DNA from: an uncultured candidate division Zixibacteria bacterium
GTDB taxonomy: Bacteria > Zixibacteria > MSB-5A5 > UBA10806
Length of the DNA stretch: 64,000 nucleotides
NCBI GenBank assembly: GCA_963801605.1
Contig: CAWDFP010000006.1
Coordinates: forward strand, 1 to 64,000
Reading direction: 5' to 3'
The translations under genes were made by a program, and so were the position numbers. The notes below the pieces were generated by a model that had not been told where the DNA came from, did no database searches, and saw only the letters and a list, made by a program, of their open reading frames with translations. Positions 52,208-63,036 of the stretch are shown piece by piece. Within the stretch, counting starts at the first letter, position 1. Each line of letters starts with the position of its first letter.

Positions 52208-52884
52208 TGGATTCCCTGGCGCTCTTTATCCAGAACAATCCGGCTTTCGCCATTGTCGCCGTCTTTGCTGGTGGCCTAGTCTCGGCCGCTTCGCCCTGCG
52301 TCCTGGCAGTAATCCCGCTGGTAATTGGCTATGTCGGTGGCTATTCCCAAGGGGATAAGAAGAAAGCCTTTCGCTATGCTTTGGTATTTGCGTTGGGCCT
52401 TGCAATTACATTTACATTAATGGGAGCCGCTGCCGGTCTTATTGGCTCTTTTCTGGGACTAACCGGCAAATATTTTTTCTGGGCCATTGCAGCAATTGCC
52501 GTTATAATGGGGCTATCGCTAATAGGCCTATTTGAAATCCGGATCCCATTTAAGGACAAACTTAAAGTAAAAACGGGCGGCTTGCTCGGGGCTTTTTTAA
52601 TGGGGCTGCTATTCGGGCTTGCATCCACGCCTTGTGCAACACCTGTATTAGTGGTGCTATTAGCTCTTGTCGCCACCAAAGGGCGAATACTATATGGCAC
52701 ATTTCTGCTATTCGTATATGCTATTGCTCACTGCGCCCTAATAGTATTGGCCGGAACAATAACCGGTTTTGTGGAATCTTTCGCCAAGTCGCGCGGAGCT
52801 ACCAATTTTTCGATCTGGTCTAAACGAATATCGGGAGCAATAATTATCTTGGTTGGCGGTTATATCTTCTATTTATATATATAA
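52207..52884 (+). CDS. ccdA: Cytochrome c biogenesis / DsbD-like membrane protein CcdA
   Basis: SPCVL and TPCATP motifs, about six TM helices; GTG start. Confidence 0.88.
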   Translation: MDSLALFIQNNPAFAIVAVFAGGLVSAASPCVLAVIPLVIGYVGGYSQGDKKKAFRYALVFALGLAITFTLMGAAAGLIGSFLGLTGKYFFWAIAAIAVIMGLSLIGLFEIRIPFKDKLKVKTGGLLGAFLMGLLFGLASTPCATPVLVVLLALVATKGRILYGTFLLFVYAIAHCALIVLAGTITGFVESFAKSRGATNFSIWSKRISGAIIILVGGYIFYLYI

Positions 52885-53002
52885 TGAATCGCTACATTTT
52901 TCTCAGTAATAGAGGTCTGCTTCTAACAATTATATGGAAGCGATTTAAAAAAGACCGCTGTTTTATTAACGTATTTAATTTTAAAAAATGTTGGATCAGG
53001 TT

Positions 53003-53458
53003 TTATCTGCCGTAGATATCCAATAGCTGAAGCCTGGTGGCGTCGAGGCGTTCTGCCATGATTTCCGTGAATATCTGCATCATTTTAAATCCAAGTCCGT
53101 TATCCTTCTCGCATTTTGTACGAAGGCATTTACCGTCAAGAGCGATGACCCGGGTTTGCTCAGTTGCCTTAGCGTCAAAACGCCATTTATATGGTGGAAT
53201 AAGCCACGACCAGCCAACGACGTCACCCTCGGTGCAAGTTTGAATGCAAATAGACCCTTGCCATGGGGAGAAAACTTCCACAATCACACGACCATGTCGG
53301 ATGACATAGAAAGTGTTAGCCTCCTCACCCTCTTTGAAAATATATTGATCAGAATTAAAGACAACATTGGAGGCGCATCCCACCATGAGTTTGATTTCGG
53401 CATCATTGAAGCTTTTAAAAAATGGATGAGATATTAGCAAAGGTTCAATTGTTTCCAT
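53003..53458 (-). CDS. Stand-alone cyclic-nucleotide-binding (Crp-like, no HTH) protein
   Basis: IFKEGEEANTFYVIRHG, GDVVGWSWL, RLDATRLQLLD. Confidence 0.85.
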   Translation of the reverse strand: METIEPLLISHPFFKSFNDAEIKLMVGCASNVVFNSDQYIFKEGEEANTFYVIRHGRVIVEVFSPWQGSICIQTCTEGDVVGWSWLIPPYKWRFDAKATEQTRVIALDGKCLRTKCEKDNGLGFKMMQIFTEIMAERLDATRLQLLDIYGR

Positions 53459-53972
53459 TTTTTTGCTCCTTATCATTGACTTTTTGCCTGATTGCCAGGC
53501 TATTCCCACCATTAAAACCGATCCAGTTTAGGATTCGATTTATGGCTGGTTCCAATGCTGCCTCTACCAGAGGGGTCAATTTCTCACTTAATGTCTGGAT
53601 ATCCATTGCTTCTATAGCAAGGACGTCAATCCTATCCGGCATGCTAATTCCCATTTCGCGACCAAATTTCAAAGCCGTCGGAAGGTTAATCTGATGACTG
53701 CAGGTCAAATTCTTTGAGGGTACAAAATGGCCCATTTCAGTAAAATGAAGAGTGCCCGGAACCGCTTCATCGGTTATGATAGTATCAACAATTAGCGCCC
53801 GTTCTCTGTCTTTCAATAAGTCAATGAGATTTAGCCCGCCCAAGGGCGAGAATTCAATATCTACTCCTCCATTAAAATCGTATTGCTCTATAAGATTGCG
53901 GGCAATTTTATAGCCGAATGAATCGTCTGACAAAATCTCATTCCCCAGGCATAATACAAGCGCTGGTTTCAT
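53445..53972 (-). CDS. Hydrogenase maturation protease
   Basis: LCLGNEILSDD, IVDT, SHQ. Confidence 0.88.
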   Translation of the reverse strand: MKPALVLCLGNEILSDDSFGYKIARNLIEQYDFNGGVDIEFSPLGGLNLIDLLKDRERALIVDTIITDEAVPGTLHFTEMGHFVPSKNLTCSHQINLPTALKFGREMGISMPDRIDVLAIEAMDIQTLSEKLTPLVEAALEPAINRILNWIGFNGGNSLAIRQKVNDKEQKNGNN

Positions 53973-55454
53973 TAGTTCCTCTTGATAACCTTGATTTTCT
54001 CGCCGCTGGCAGCATCATGAATAATTAATTCAAGAGGCATTTGCCCCGGCAATGAGTGAGTTGCGCAACCAAAGCAGGGGTCATAAGCTCGGAAAGCCAT
54101 CTCGATTCTATTGAGCATGCCGTCAGTAATTTCGCACCCCTTTTTAATCATACCCTCAGCGGCGCGCTTGATTGACATGGTAATCGCGGCGTTATTGTTC
54201 GTCGTCCCGACAATAAGATTAGCCTCGGTGATAATGCCGTTTTTATCCGTCCGATAGTGATGAGTTAAAGTCCCTCGAGGCGCTTCTACTATTCCAACTC
54301 CTTCACCAACAATGCTTGTGGGAGGATCAAGAATATGATCTGACGTGATCTCATCATCCTGCGCCTGTAAGAGAACCGACTCGCAAGCGAACATAAGCTC
54401 CACAACTCGCGCCCAGTGAGTCGCCAGAGTGGAATTTACCGGTATTTTGCCGGAACGATCCCCGGTCAGCGTTTCATAAAATCTTTCATATTCCGCTTGA
54501 GCCAGCGGTGTAGCCATGCCATCGGATACATTAAGACGCGAAAGGGGAGTTGCTTTATACACACCCGAATCCATACCGTCGATAAATCCCTTCCAACCGA
54601 TCTTTTTTAGGAATGGATATTTCAAGTAACTGTATGGCTCAACATGCTCGGCGACATATTCAAGATATTGTTTCGGTTCATATTTGGCGTGTTCTGTGCC
54701 GTCAGGCGCTGTTACGCGAACCATTCCGTCATAGAAATGAACCTTGTTGTTTGAATCTACCAGCCCCATATTATAAGTCTTATGGGCATATGAATCTGAG
54801 AGGATAAGATCGATATACGCCTTATTTGCCAGGACGACATCATTCAAAACTTTAATGGTAAATTTGGCAAATTCAACCATCTCCTGCCCAATCTTAATCA
54901 TTTCCTGCTGTTCTTCTTTGGTCACCCGTTTCGACATCCCGCCGGGAAGGGCGGTAACGGGATGAACCTTCTTGCCGCCGATTATTTCGATGACCCTCTG
55001 GCCGCGGGCTCTTTGGGCAATGACTTTCCTGCCGGCATCAAGGCCAACTTTGGCGATTACACCCAGGATATTACGCTCGGCAGGGAGGAGCATCTGGGCC
55101 ACAGACAAAATCAGGGCCGCCGAGGGCATAAAAATGCGTCGTATGGTCGCCGGCATAGAAACCGTTATATACCAATTCTCTCAGCTTAAAGGCCGCCGAT
55201 GGGATTTTTGCTCCATAGACTGCATCGGCGGCCTTGGCTGCTGCCATGTGGTGTGCATCCGGGCAAACGCCACAGATGCGGGTTGTGATGCGACACATTT
55301 CTTCAACGGGACGGCCCACGCAAAATTTTTCAAAACCTCGAAGTTCAGGTACCTGGAAGTAGGCATTGGCGAGATCTCCATCGTCATTAATAAACAAATG
55401 TATTTTACCGTGGCCTTCGAGGCGGGTTATCGGATCGATTACTATCTCTTTCAT
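53972..55454 (-). CDS. mvhA: [NiFe]-hydrogenase large subunit, group 3c MvhA-like, frameshift near 55085
   Basis: [38 protein letters not shown] plus a cleavable tail. Confidence 0.88.
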
Positions 55455-56426
55455 CTTTGTGCTCTCCTCAACATTGAATCGGGAAGGCTAAAGCGATAAA
55501 ATGTGCCGATGGGATCGGGAATCGTATCGATTATTGACTCTATTTCCTCCGGATTGGTTGAATCGATGATGCTGGCAATCGCGGAGGCCATTTTGGCTCC
55601 CTGGTCGCGCACATTGGAAGGCATCCCGTAACAGCCGCGGCAGGGGACTCCAGCCTTAACGCATTTGGCGCCGCATCCGCTTCTGGTAGCCGGTCCCATG
55701 CAAACTATGCCCTGCTCCATCAGACATAAATTTGGATCTGTCACCTTTTCAAACGGCCTGATAAACTTCTTTATCTTTCTTGATATTCCTCTCTCGCGGA
55801 CATTCATCACAGCAACTTTTTTCGCTCGCGCCCAAGACAGTCCCTTTGGGCGGAAGTGGCTTTCCGTTCTTTCAGGATATCGATAACCGCTCCAACCACC
55901 GCTGCGATCTGATCGGATTGCGGCGGGCAACCGGGAATGATGTAATCAACTTCCACAGTTTGCCCCAAAGTGCGCACCGTATTCCACAAATCGGGAATTC
56001 TGTATTTCACCCTCAGGGAGCGTTATAGATCGGTTGAGGTATCGTTTTTGTTGGATTATCTACAGAAGGCGAATTTAGATAGACGTAGTCAAATATTGCC
56101 TGCTTGCTATAAAGATTGGCCAGACCGGGAATGCAACCTTCGGCAGCGCAACTTCCAAAGGCACAAAGGACCACCGATTTCTGCCGCAGGAGCTTGGCGA
56201 TTTCATAGTTTTCATCGCTGCGAATTGCGCCGTTGAATAGTGTCAGCGTAATTGATTTATCGGGCATTTTTCTAACATCGTCGTACTTAAAATCAAGGGC
56301 ACAAGGCCAGAATATGGGATCAAAAAAGTCTACCACGCCAAGTATCTTCTCTTCAATATCAAGTATGGCGATATCGCATCCCCCACAAGAAGCAGCCCAA
56401 TATATTGCTAACTTTGGTTTTGCCAT
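55451..56426 (-). CDS. mvhG: [NiFe]-hydrogenase small subunit MvhG-like, several frameshifts
   Basis: WAASCGGC, AFGSCA, IPGCPP, CLMEQG.VCMGPAT..GC, PCRGCYG spread over successive frames. Confidence 0.85.
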
Positions 56427-56890
56427 AACATTTCTCCCAACGCCTTAAAGTCAACAGTCTCTTCTTTTTCCGGCGTAAAATTCAGTTCTTTCAACTGAAG
56501 CGGCCCCAATGCGCGGATATGCTCGGTAAATTCAGTAACGATCTTCTGAAAACGCCCTCCCTCTGATGCCGAGACCCATTCCAGGCGCAGCCGCTCCGAT
56601 TCGATACCCATGCTTTGGAGAATCCTTTTCGTAAGAGGCATCCGGCGCATGCATTTGTAATTCCCTTCCACATAGTGGCAATCGCCGGGATGGCAACCGC
56701 AGACAAGTATCCCATCGGCGCCTTTGCTGAAAGCGTGCAATATGAAGCCGGGATCGATTCGCCCGCTGCACATAACCCTGATACTTGTCATGTTTGGAGG
56801 ATACTTCATACGGGCGGTACCGGCCAGATCGGCGCCAGTGTAGCTGCACCAGTTGCACAAGAAGCCAACTATTTTGGGTTCAAAGCTCAT
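56408..56890 (-). CDS. mvhD: MvhD [2Fe-2S] subunit
   Basis: FLCNWCSY, RVMCSGR, GCHPGDCHY, WVSASEG. Confidence 0.92.
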   Translation of the reverse strand: MSFEPKIVGFLCNWCSYTGADLAGTARMKYPPNMTSIRVMCSGRIDPGFILHAFSKGADGILVCGCHPGDCHYVEGNYKCMRRMPLTKRILQSMGIESERLRLEWVSASEGGRFQKIVTEFTEHIRALGPLQLKELNFTPEKEETVDFKALGEMLWQNQS

Positions 56891-58645
56891 GATAGTATTC
56901 CTTCTATTTGAGCGTAAATCTGATCGTCGGTGAAGTGCTTGGCAACTATCGCGCCCGACGGACATGCTGCTACACATGTACCGCAGGCTTTGCACATAGC
57001 CGAGTTGACCGAGCTTTTCTTTTTCTCGCTATCAAATTCAATAGCATTATATGAACAAAGATCATTACAGATTCGGCATCCACTACATAAATCTTCAGTG
57101 ACCACCGGCAAAGGCGGCATCCATCAATATCTCTTTCTGACAAAGAAGTTTTAAGGCGTGAGACGCCGCCGCCCCGCCTTGCGCTACAGTATCGGGGATA
57201 TCCTTTGGCCCCTGGCAGGTGCCGGCGAGATAGATGCCATCTGTTGTAGTCGAAACCGGTCCGAGCTTGGGGTGAGCCTCAATAAACCAGCCATCAGCTC
57301 CTGTGGAAATGTTGAATTTGCGGCCAACCTCCTTGGCATCTTTTCGGGCTTCAAGGGCAGTGCAGAGGATTACCATATCGACGGGGATCTCGCGGAATTT
57401 CCCGACCAGCGTATCTTCGCAACGAACTAGAAGATATCCTTCCGATCCGCGATGGCTCGAAGATGGGACAATCTCAGCCCCTTTGCCGCGAATGATATTT
57501 ACATTCTCTTCCAGTATCCGCTGATAGAACTCCTCATAACCTTTGCCGAAACTTCTGACATCGATATAGAGCTGATAGACCTCAGCGCTGGTTTTCTCCT
57601 TAACAAGGTGCGAGAACTTGAAAGCGTACATACAACAGACGCGGCTGCAATACTTATGATAATTTTGATCGCGACTTCCGATGCAGTGAAGAATGGCGAT
57701 TGCGCGCGGTTCCTCACCATTCTCAAGAACGATTTTACCACCGGTCGGTCCCGCGGCGTTGTTCATCACTTCAAATTCCTCTGACGTGATAACATTGGGG
57801 TACTTACCATAACCATATTGTTTCATAGGAGAAGGATCAAAATTATCAAAGCCGGTGGCCATAATGACCACGCCAACATCCACTTCCTCAAATTGCTCGG
57901 TATCATCGTAATGAATGCAATCCTTGGGGCATACCTTGGAGCAGACTTTGCATGCCCCGGTCTTAAAATGAATGCAGAATTCGGGGCTAATTCGTGGCAC
58001 GTTGGGGACTGCTTGCCTGAATGGAAGCGAAATTGCAGAATTGGGCCCCAGCGCCACCTCGTGATGAATTATCTCGCGACCGTCAATGTCCTCTAATCTG
58101 ATATGTCCCGTAGGACAGACTTTGGCGCAGGCACCGCAAAGAATACAGTCCTCGCTGGCATCATCGAATGGAGTTGAGACCTTTCTATACACTCCCCGGT
58201 CGCTGAAGGCCAGAGCATGAGCGCCAACAATTTCATCGCAGACACGTACACACAGTCCGCACAGAATGCAAGTATCGTCGCCCGTACCCCAGCGCGGCTT
58301 TTCTATCCCGAACTGTTGGGCCAACTGCTGCAGAACCGGAGCTGGAGCGCAGCGGCTTAACAGCATTTCCAAATTAACCCTGCGAGCATTCTGGACACGA
58401 GGCGTATCGGTGAATATTTTCAAACCCTTCCAGACCGGATAATTACAGGATGTAACTATCTTCGACCAGTCCTTATCATCACGTGCCTCAACCACGCAAA
58501 TACGGCAGGCGGCATAGGGCGTCATGTAGGGATAGTAGCAAAGGGTTGGGATATTCACGCCCAGTGTCCTGGCGGCCTCAAGAACAAACGTTCCCTCTTC
58601 AACTTCAATCGGATGCCTGTCTATTTCTATTTTTATCATGCTCAT
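56887..58645 (-). CDS. hdrA: Fusion of a NuoG/HoxU-like Fe-S domain to the C-terminal half of HdrA, frameshift near 57112
   Basis: IPTLC...ACRICVVE, CILCGLCVRVC, CILCGACAKVCP; then PFRQAVP, VGVVIMATGF, HCIGSRD, YCSRVCCMY, AGTCQGPKDIP and a terminal 2x[4Fe-4S] domain. Confidence 0.88.
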
Positions 58646-58654
58646 AGATTTCTC

Positions 58655-60673
58655 CTATGCCACCGCCGATTGCTTTGATACTTTTACCGGTGGACGCCAG
58701 TCTACGCCGGCGATATTTTGGACACCTTCGCCCTCACCCCGTTTGGCTCTGGTTATGCCATCATATTTACAAATCTGATAACAGGCGCCACACTGAATGC
58801 ACTTTTACCTGATCTATCTTATGCAAATTTTTTAATTCGCCTGTGATCGCCTTACTGGAGCACGCTTTGACGCAGGCATGACATCCCGTGCATTTAGCAT
58901 TGATAGCGTGCGAAACCAGATCCTTACAGACTCCTGCCGGGCAGCGCTTATCCTTGATATGCGCCAGGTATTCCTGACGAAAATATCTTAGGGTGGATAG
59001 ATACGGATTGGGCGCGGAACCGCCGAGTTGACAAAGGCTGGTATCGATCATAACCTGCGAAAGTTCTTCCAACAATGACAGATCTTCCATTTTACCCTGA
59101 CCCTCTGGTAATCCGATCAAGAATTTCAAGCATCGTCCGCAGCCCCTCTCGGCAGGGCAGACACTTGCCGCAGCTTTCCTCCCTTAAGAAATTGAGGAAA
59201 TAACGGGCAACATCAACCATGCAGGAGTCCTCATCCATGACAATCATGCCGCCTGATCCCATCATCGAACCTGCCCTGGTCAAGCTCATCGAAATCGACA
59301 GGAAGATCGAGGAGACTGACGACTTCTTCATTGTCATGGATATCGCCGTGCGCTACGAGACTGTCATGAATTTTCTTCTCGCCGGTTTCGACTATCAAGG
59401 TTCCGCCTGATGGTCCCCCGGTTTGCACGGCCTTAAATTTTTTGTGGCCGCGCACTCCACCACCGATATCATAGAGAATCTCCCGCAAGGTGATCCCCAT
59501 GGGAACCTCTACCAAACCAGTATTATTGACCTTTCCTGTCAGACGCGAAAACCTTGGTGCCTTTGGAGCCTTCGGTCCCAATACCGGCATACCAATCGGC
59601 CCCCTTTTCAATAATGATTGGGACATTAGCCCAGGTCTCTACATTATTTAGAGTTGGATGGCTTTTCCCAGAGTCCAGCATCAACGGTATGAATATATTT
59701 GGCTCGCGGTTCGCCCGTTTTACCCTCTAACGATGCCATAAGCGCTGTTGATTCGCCGCAGACAAAAGCACCACCGCCCGCGACTAACCTCAATTGTAAA
59801 ATCAAAACCGCTTCCCAAGATATTCTTTCCCAACAGGCCATATTCGGTAGCGGCATTTATAGCGATCGAGAGATTTTTTACTGCTAACGGATATTCGTTT
59901 CTGACATATACAAATCCCTGGTCGCTGCCAATGGCGTAAGCCCCGATTATCATCCCCTCAACTACCGAGTGAGGATTGCCCTCCAGAAGCGAGCGATCCA
60001 TGAATGCTCCTGGATCACCCTCATCGGCATTGCAGATCACATATTTCGGGATTCCCCTTGGCTTTACGACAGGACGCCCATTTTTTGCCGGTGGGATATC
60101 CTCCGCCTCCTCTTCCACGAAGCCCCGATTTTTTTATCTCCTCGATAATTGCTTCAGGCACCATCTGGCCTAATGCCTTGGCTACTGATTTATATCCGCT
60201 CAAGGCGATGTAATCATCGATCGAAGTCGGATCCATAAAACCGTTTTTGCCGAAGATGAGTCGCATCTGCTTTTTATAGAAGGGAATATCGGCTTCATGG
60301 GTGATTGCTTGCTTGGTTTGGGGATCTTGATACAGAAGACGCTTAATGATCTGATTGCCTTTTATGGTCTGATCAATTATTAGTCTGACATCCGATGGTC
60401 TGAACCTTTTGATAAAAAATCCCTCCAGGTTGAATAACAACAAGTGGTCCTCGCTCACAAAAACCGTGACAACCTGTTGTTTTAAGCTCGACAGCTTCCT
60501 GAAGATTGTCTTGAATCAAGTTCTCTTTGAACGCAGTTGCAACCGCCTCACAGCCGCAGGCCAGACAACCGGTCCCGGCGCAAAGGGCTATAGTGGTTTT
60601 ATTTTCCTTACGCTTTCTGAGAAGTTCCTGGCGAAGCTCGCTCCAGATCTGCTGGCGATGATATAAATTTCAT
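58655..60673 (-). CDS. NuoF/HydB/HoxF-like FMN/NADH subunit, many frameshifts
   Basis: [79 protein letters not shown] and two terminal CxxCxxC motifs in colinear order across frames. Confidence 0.82.
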
Positions 60674-61185
60674 TCTTCTTCCTCCTCATCGCCAGCCGCT
60701 TCCTTGCCGCCAAGCTTTTCAATCATCCGCTCGACTTTGGACGCAGTCATGTTACCGTAGTAGATATCATTGGCAGTAACAAGCGGCCCCAGCGCACAAG
60801 CGCCAAGGCAGTTTACCGTTTCCAGACTGAAACTCTGGTCTTTGCTCGTCTCGCCGGCTTGGATACCAAGCGTGGTTTCAAGTCTATTAACAATAACATT
60901 CGCTTGCCTGACATGACAGGCAGTACCGGTACAAACACAGATATGATTTTTCCCTTTAGGCTTTAGGCTGAATGTGCGGTAAAAAGTAGCCACACCGTAG
61001 ATTTGTGCTATTGGAAGCCCCATCTTCTGCGCCACCAGTTTTAATGCTTCTTTGGGAAGGTAGCGATAATGCTTTTGAATATCTTGCAAGACCATGATTA
61101 GGGCCGTTGGCTTGGCCTGATAGTGATCCACAATATTGTGAATGGCTTGTTCGAGATCATAGTTATCATTGATTGCCAGGCTCAT
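60670..61185 (-). CDS. NuoE/HydC/HoxE-like [2Fe-2S] subunit
   Basis: YGVATFY, VCTGTACHV, VNCLGACALGP. Confidence 0.9.
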   Translation of the reverse strand: MSLAINDNYDLEQAIHNIVDHYQAKPTALIMVLQDIQKHYRYLPKEALKLVAQKMGLPIAQIYGVATFYRTFSLKPKGKNHICVCTGTACHVRQANVIVNRLETTLGIQAGETSKDQSFSLETVNCLGACALGPLVTANDIYYGNMTASKVERMIEKLGGKEAAGDEEEEE

Positions 61186-62155
61186 TTGGTACCTCCTCTC
61201 ACCGGAATTGCGACTGGTTCCGGCATCGGCTGCGCCCCGGTAAGAACTGTGAGATCATGCTCCGGCCCCATGATACCCGGATGCTTGATATCCAAAGCCG
61301 CACCCTCCTTGAAAACATTTTTGCCGAACATCAATCGCCGGTGCGATGGATACTGACGACTGGGGCAAGCTTCATAGCAAGTTCCGCAACTATTGCATAG
61401 GGTTGTATCGACATAGCGGGCTTTATGCCTGATTTTGACAGTGAAATTCCCGATGTAGCCCTTAACATTCTCGATTTCTGCCCATGTAATGAGTTTGATA
61501 TTGGGGTGCTTCCCCACAGAGACCATCTTCGGAGTCAGGATACAAGCAGCGCAATCAAGGGTTGGAAATGTTTTGTCGAATCGCGACATGTGGCCACCGA
61601 TCGAGGAATCTCTTTCGACTAAAACCACTTCAAAACCGGCGTCGGCTATTTGAAGGGCCGCTTCGATACCGGCAATTCCGCCGCCGACTATAAGGACTCT
61701 ATCCTTGATTGGTACTTTTCGCATTTCAAGAGGCTCATGAAATCTCACTCTGGCTATAGCCCCTTTTATAAGAGCGATTGCCTTGGTTGTGGCTAACTGC
61801 GGATTCAACGTAACCCAGCTGACCTGCTCTCTAATATTGGCCATCTCAAAGAAATAGCGATTGAGGCCGCCCGTCTCCACTGCCTTACGAAATGTTTGCT
61901 CATGCATCAGAGGGCTGCAGGCAGCCACGACAATTCTATTGAGACCAAGCTCTCGAATATCTTTTTGAATCAAGTTCCTGACCGGGATCGGAACACATGA
62001 AACGGTAATGACGCGAGATCGACAACTCCCGGCTGATCCTGAACCGCTTCGGCGACTTTGACCACATCCACCGTTTTAGCAATATTAGTTCCGCAATGGC
62101 AGACATAGACGCCAATGCGGATCTCCTTGCCGTTATCTGAATGGGTATTATTCAT
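61182..62155 (-). CDS. hdrA: N-terminal half of HdrA, frameshifts near 61975 and 62020
   Basis: IGVYVCHCGTNIA, FMCSDPG, VAACSP, IVGGGIAG, DKTFPTLDCAAC, RYVD..LCNSCGTCYEACP, then a non-HdrA tail and stop. Confidence 0.85.
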
Positions 62156-63036
62156 GCTCTGGCCTCCTTTAGGCCGACATAAAGTTCCTCCGGCTTAATT
62201 AATAGCTGGTCCATTCCCATTTCTTTCGGAGAAATACCAAGCGCTATTCCTATCAGATGACTGAAATAGACTATTGGCATTTTGAAATTTCGTCCGTAGA
62301 CTCGATTAATCTTCCGCTGGTAGGCCTCGAGGTTCATCTGGCAAAGCGGGCAGGCTGTTGCGATCATATCGGCTCCGTTGTCAAGTGCGCCATCCAGAAG
62401 CTTGAGATTCAGCTCCAGGGCAATCTCCTCAGCGGTGGTCATAAGCATCCCGCCACAACAGCGAACTTTGTAGGGATAATCAATCGGTTCAGCTCCCAGA
62501 GCGGCCAGCAGCTTATCCATCGTTACGGGTTGATCGACATCATCGAATTGCCCATGCGGACGGACTATCTGACATCCGTAGTAAGGAGCTACCTTTATTC
62601 CCTTTAAATTATTACTGACTTTTTTGGTAAGCGCTTCAAGGCCTAAATCGTTAACAAGAATATCCAGCGGATGACGCACCTCAACCAGGGTATCATAAGA
62701 TAGATTGGCTGCAGCAAGTGCCTGGTTAATTTTATCTCTTTCCTTGGGATCCCAGGCGATATGACGGTTGGCCTTGCGAAGGATCGTATAGCAACTGCTG
62801 CATGGCGCGCAAATTTGCATCCCCATGTTTTGAGCAAGAGCCAGATTGCGAGCGCTGATCGAATATCCTACGATTTTTTTGACTGACATATACATCGTGG
62901 CGCCGCAGCAATTCCAATCCTCAATCTCATGCAGGCCGATCCCCAGAGCCTTAAATACTGCCCTTATCGATTTATCATAAGGGCCGGCAGTGTGCTCCAA
63001 ACTGCATCCGGGATAATAGGCGTATTCCAGCATCAT
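62152..63036 (-). CDS. hdrB: Heterodisulfide reductase subunit B
   Basis: YYPGCS, WNCCG, PCSSC, YYGCQ, CCGG, ACPLCQMNL. Confidence 0.93.
   Translation of the reverse strand: MMLEYAYYPGCSLEHTAGPYDKSIRAVFKALGIGLHEIEDWNCCGATMYMSVKKIVGYSISARNLALAQNMGMQICAPCSSCYTILRKANRHIAWDPKERDKINQALAAANLSYDTLVEVRHPLDILVNDLGLEALTKKVSNNLKGIKVAPYYGCQIVRPHGQFDDVDQPVTMDKLLAALGAEPIDYPYKVRCCGGMLMTTAEEIALELNLKLLDGALDNGADMIATACPLCQMNLEAYQRKINRVYGRNFKMPIVYFSHLIGIALGISPKEMGMDQLLIKPEELYVGLKEARA

Noticed and set aside
56007..56015. TGA codons ending the first mvhG ORF as possible selenocysteine
   Set aside because: They do not align with a Cys position; removing single bases gives the ordinary sequence APEGEIQIPDLW, so they are frameshift products
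55000..62100. Programmed ribosomal frameshifting in the hdr/nuo/mvh genes
   Set aside because: Too many sites, no shared slippery motif, and the same +1 pattern occurs in unrelated genes
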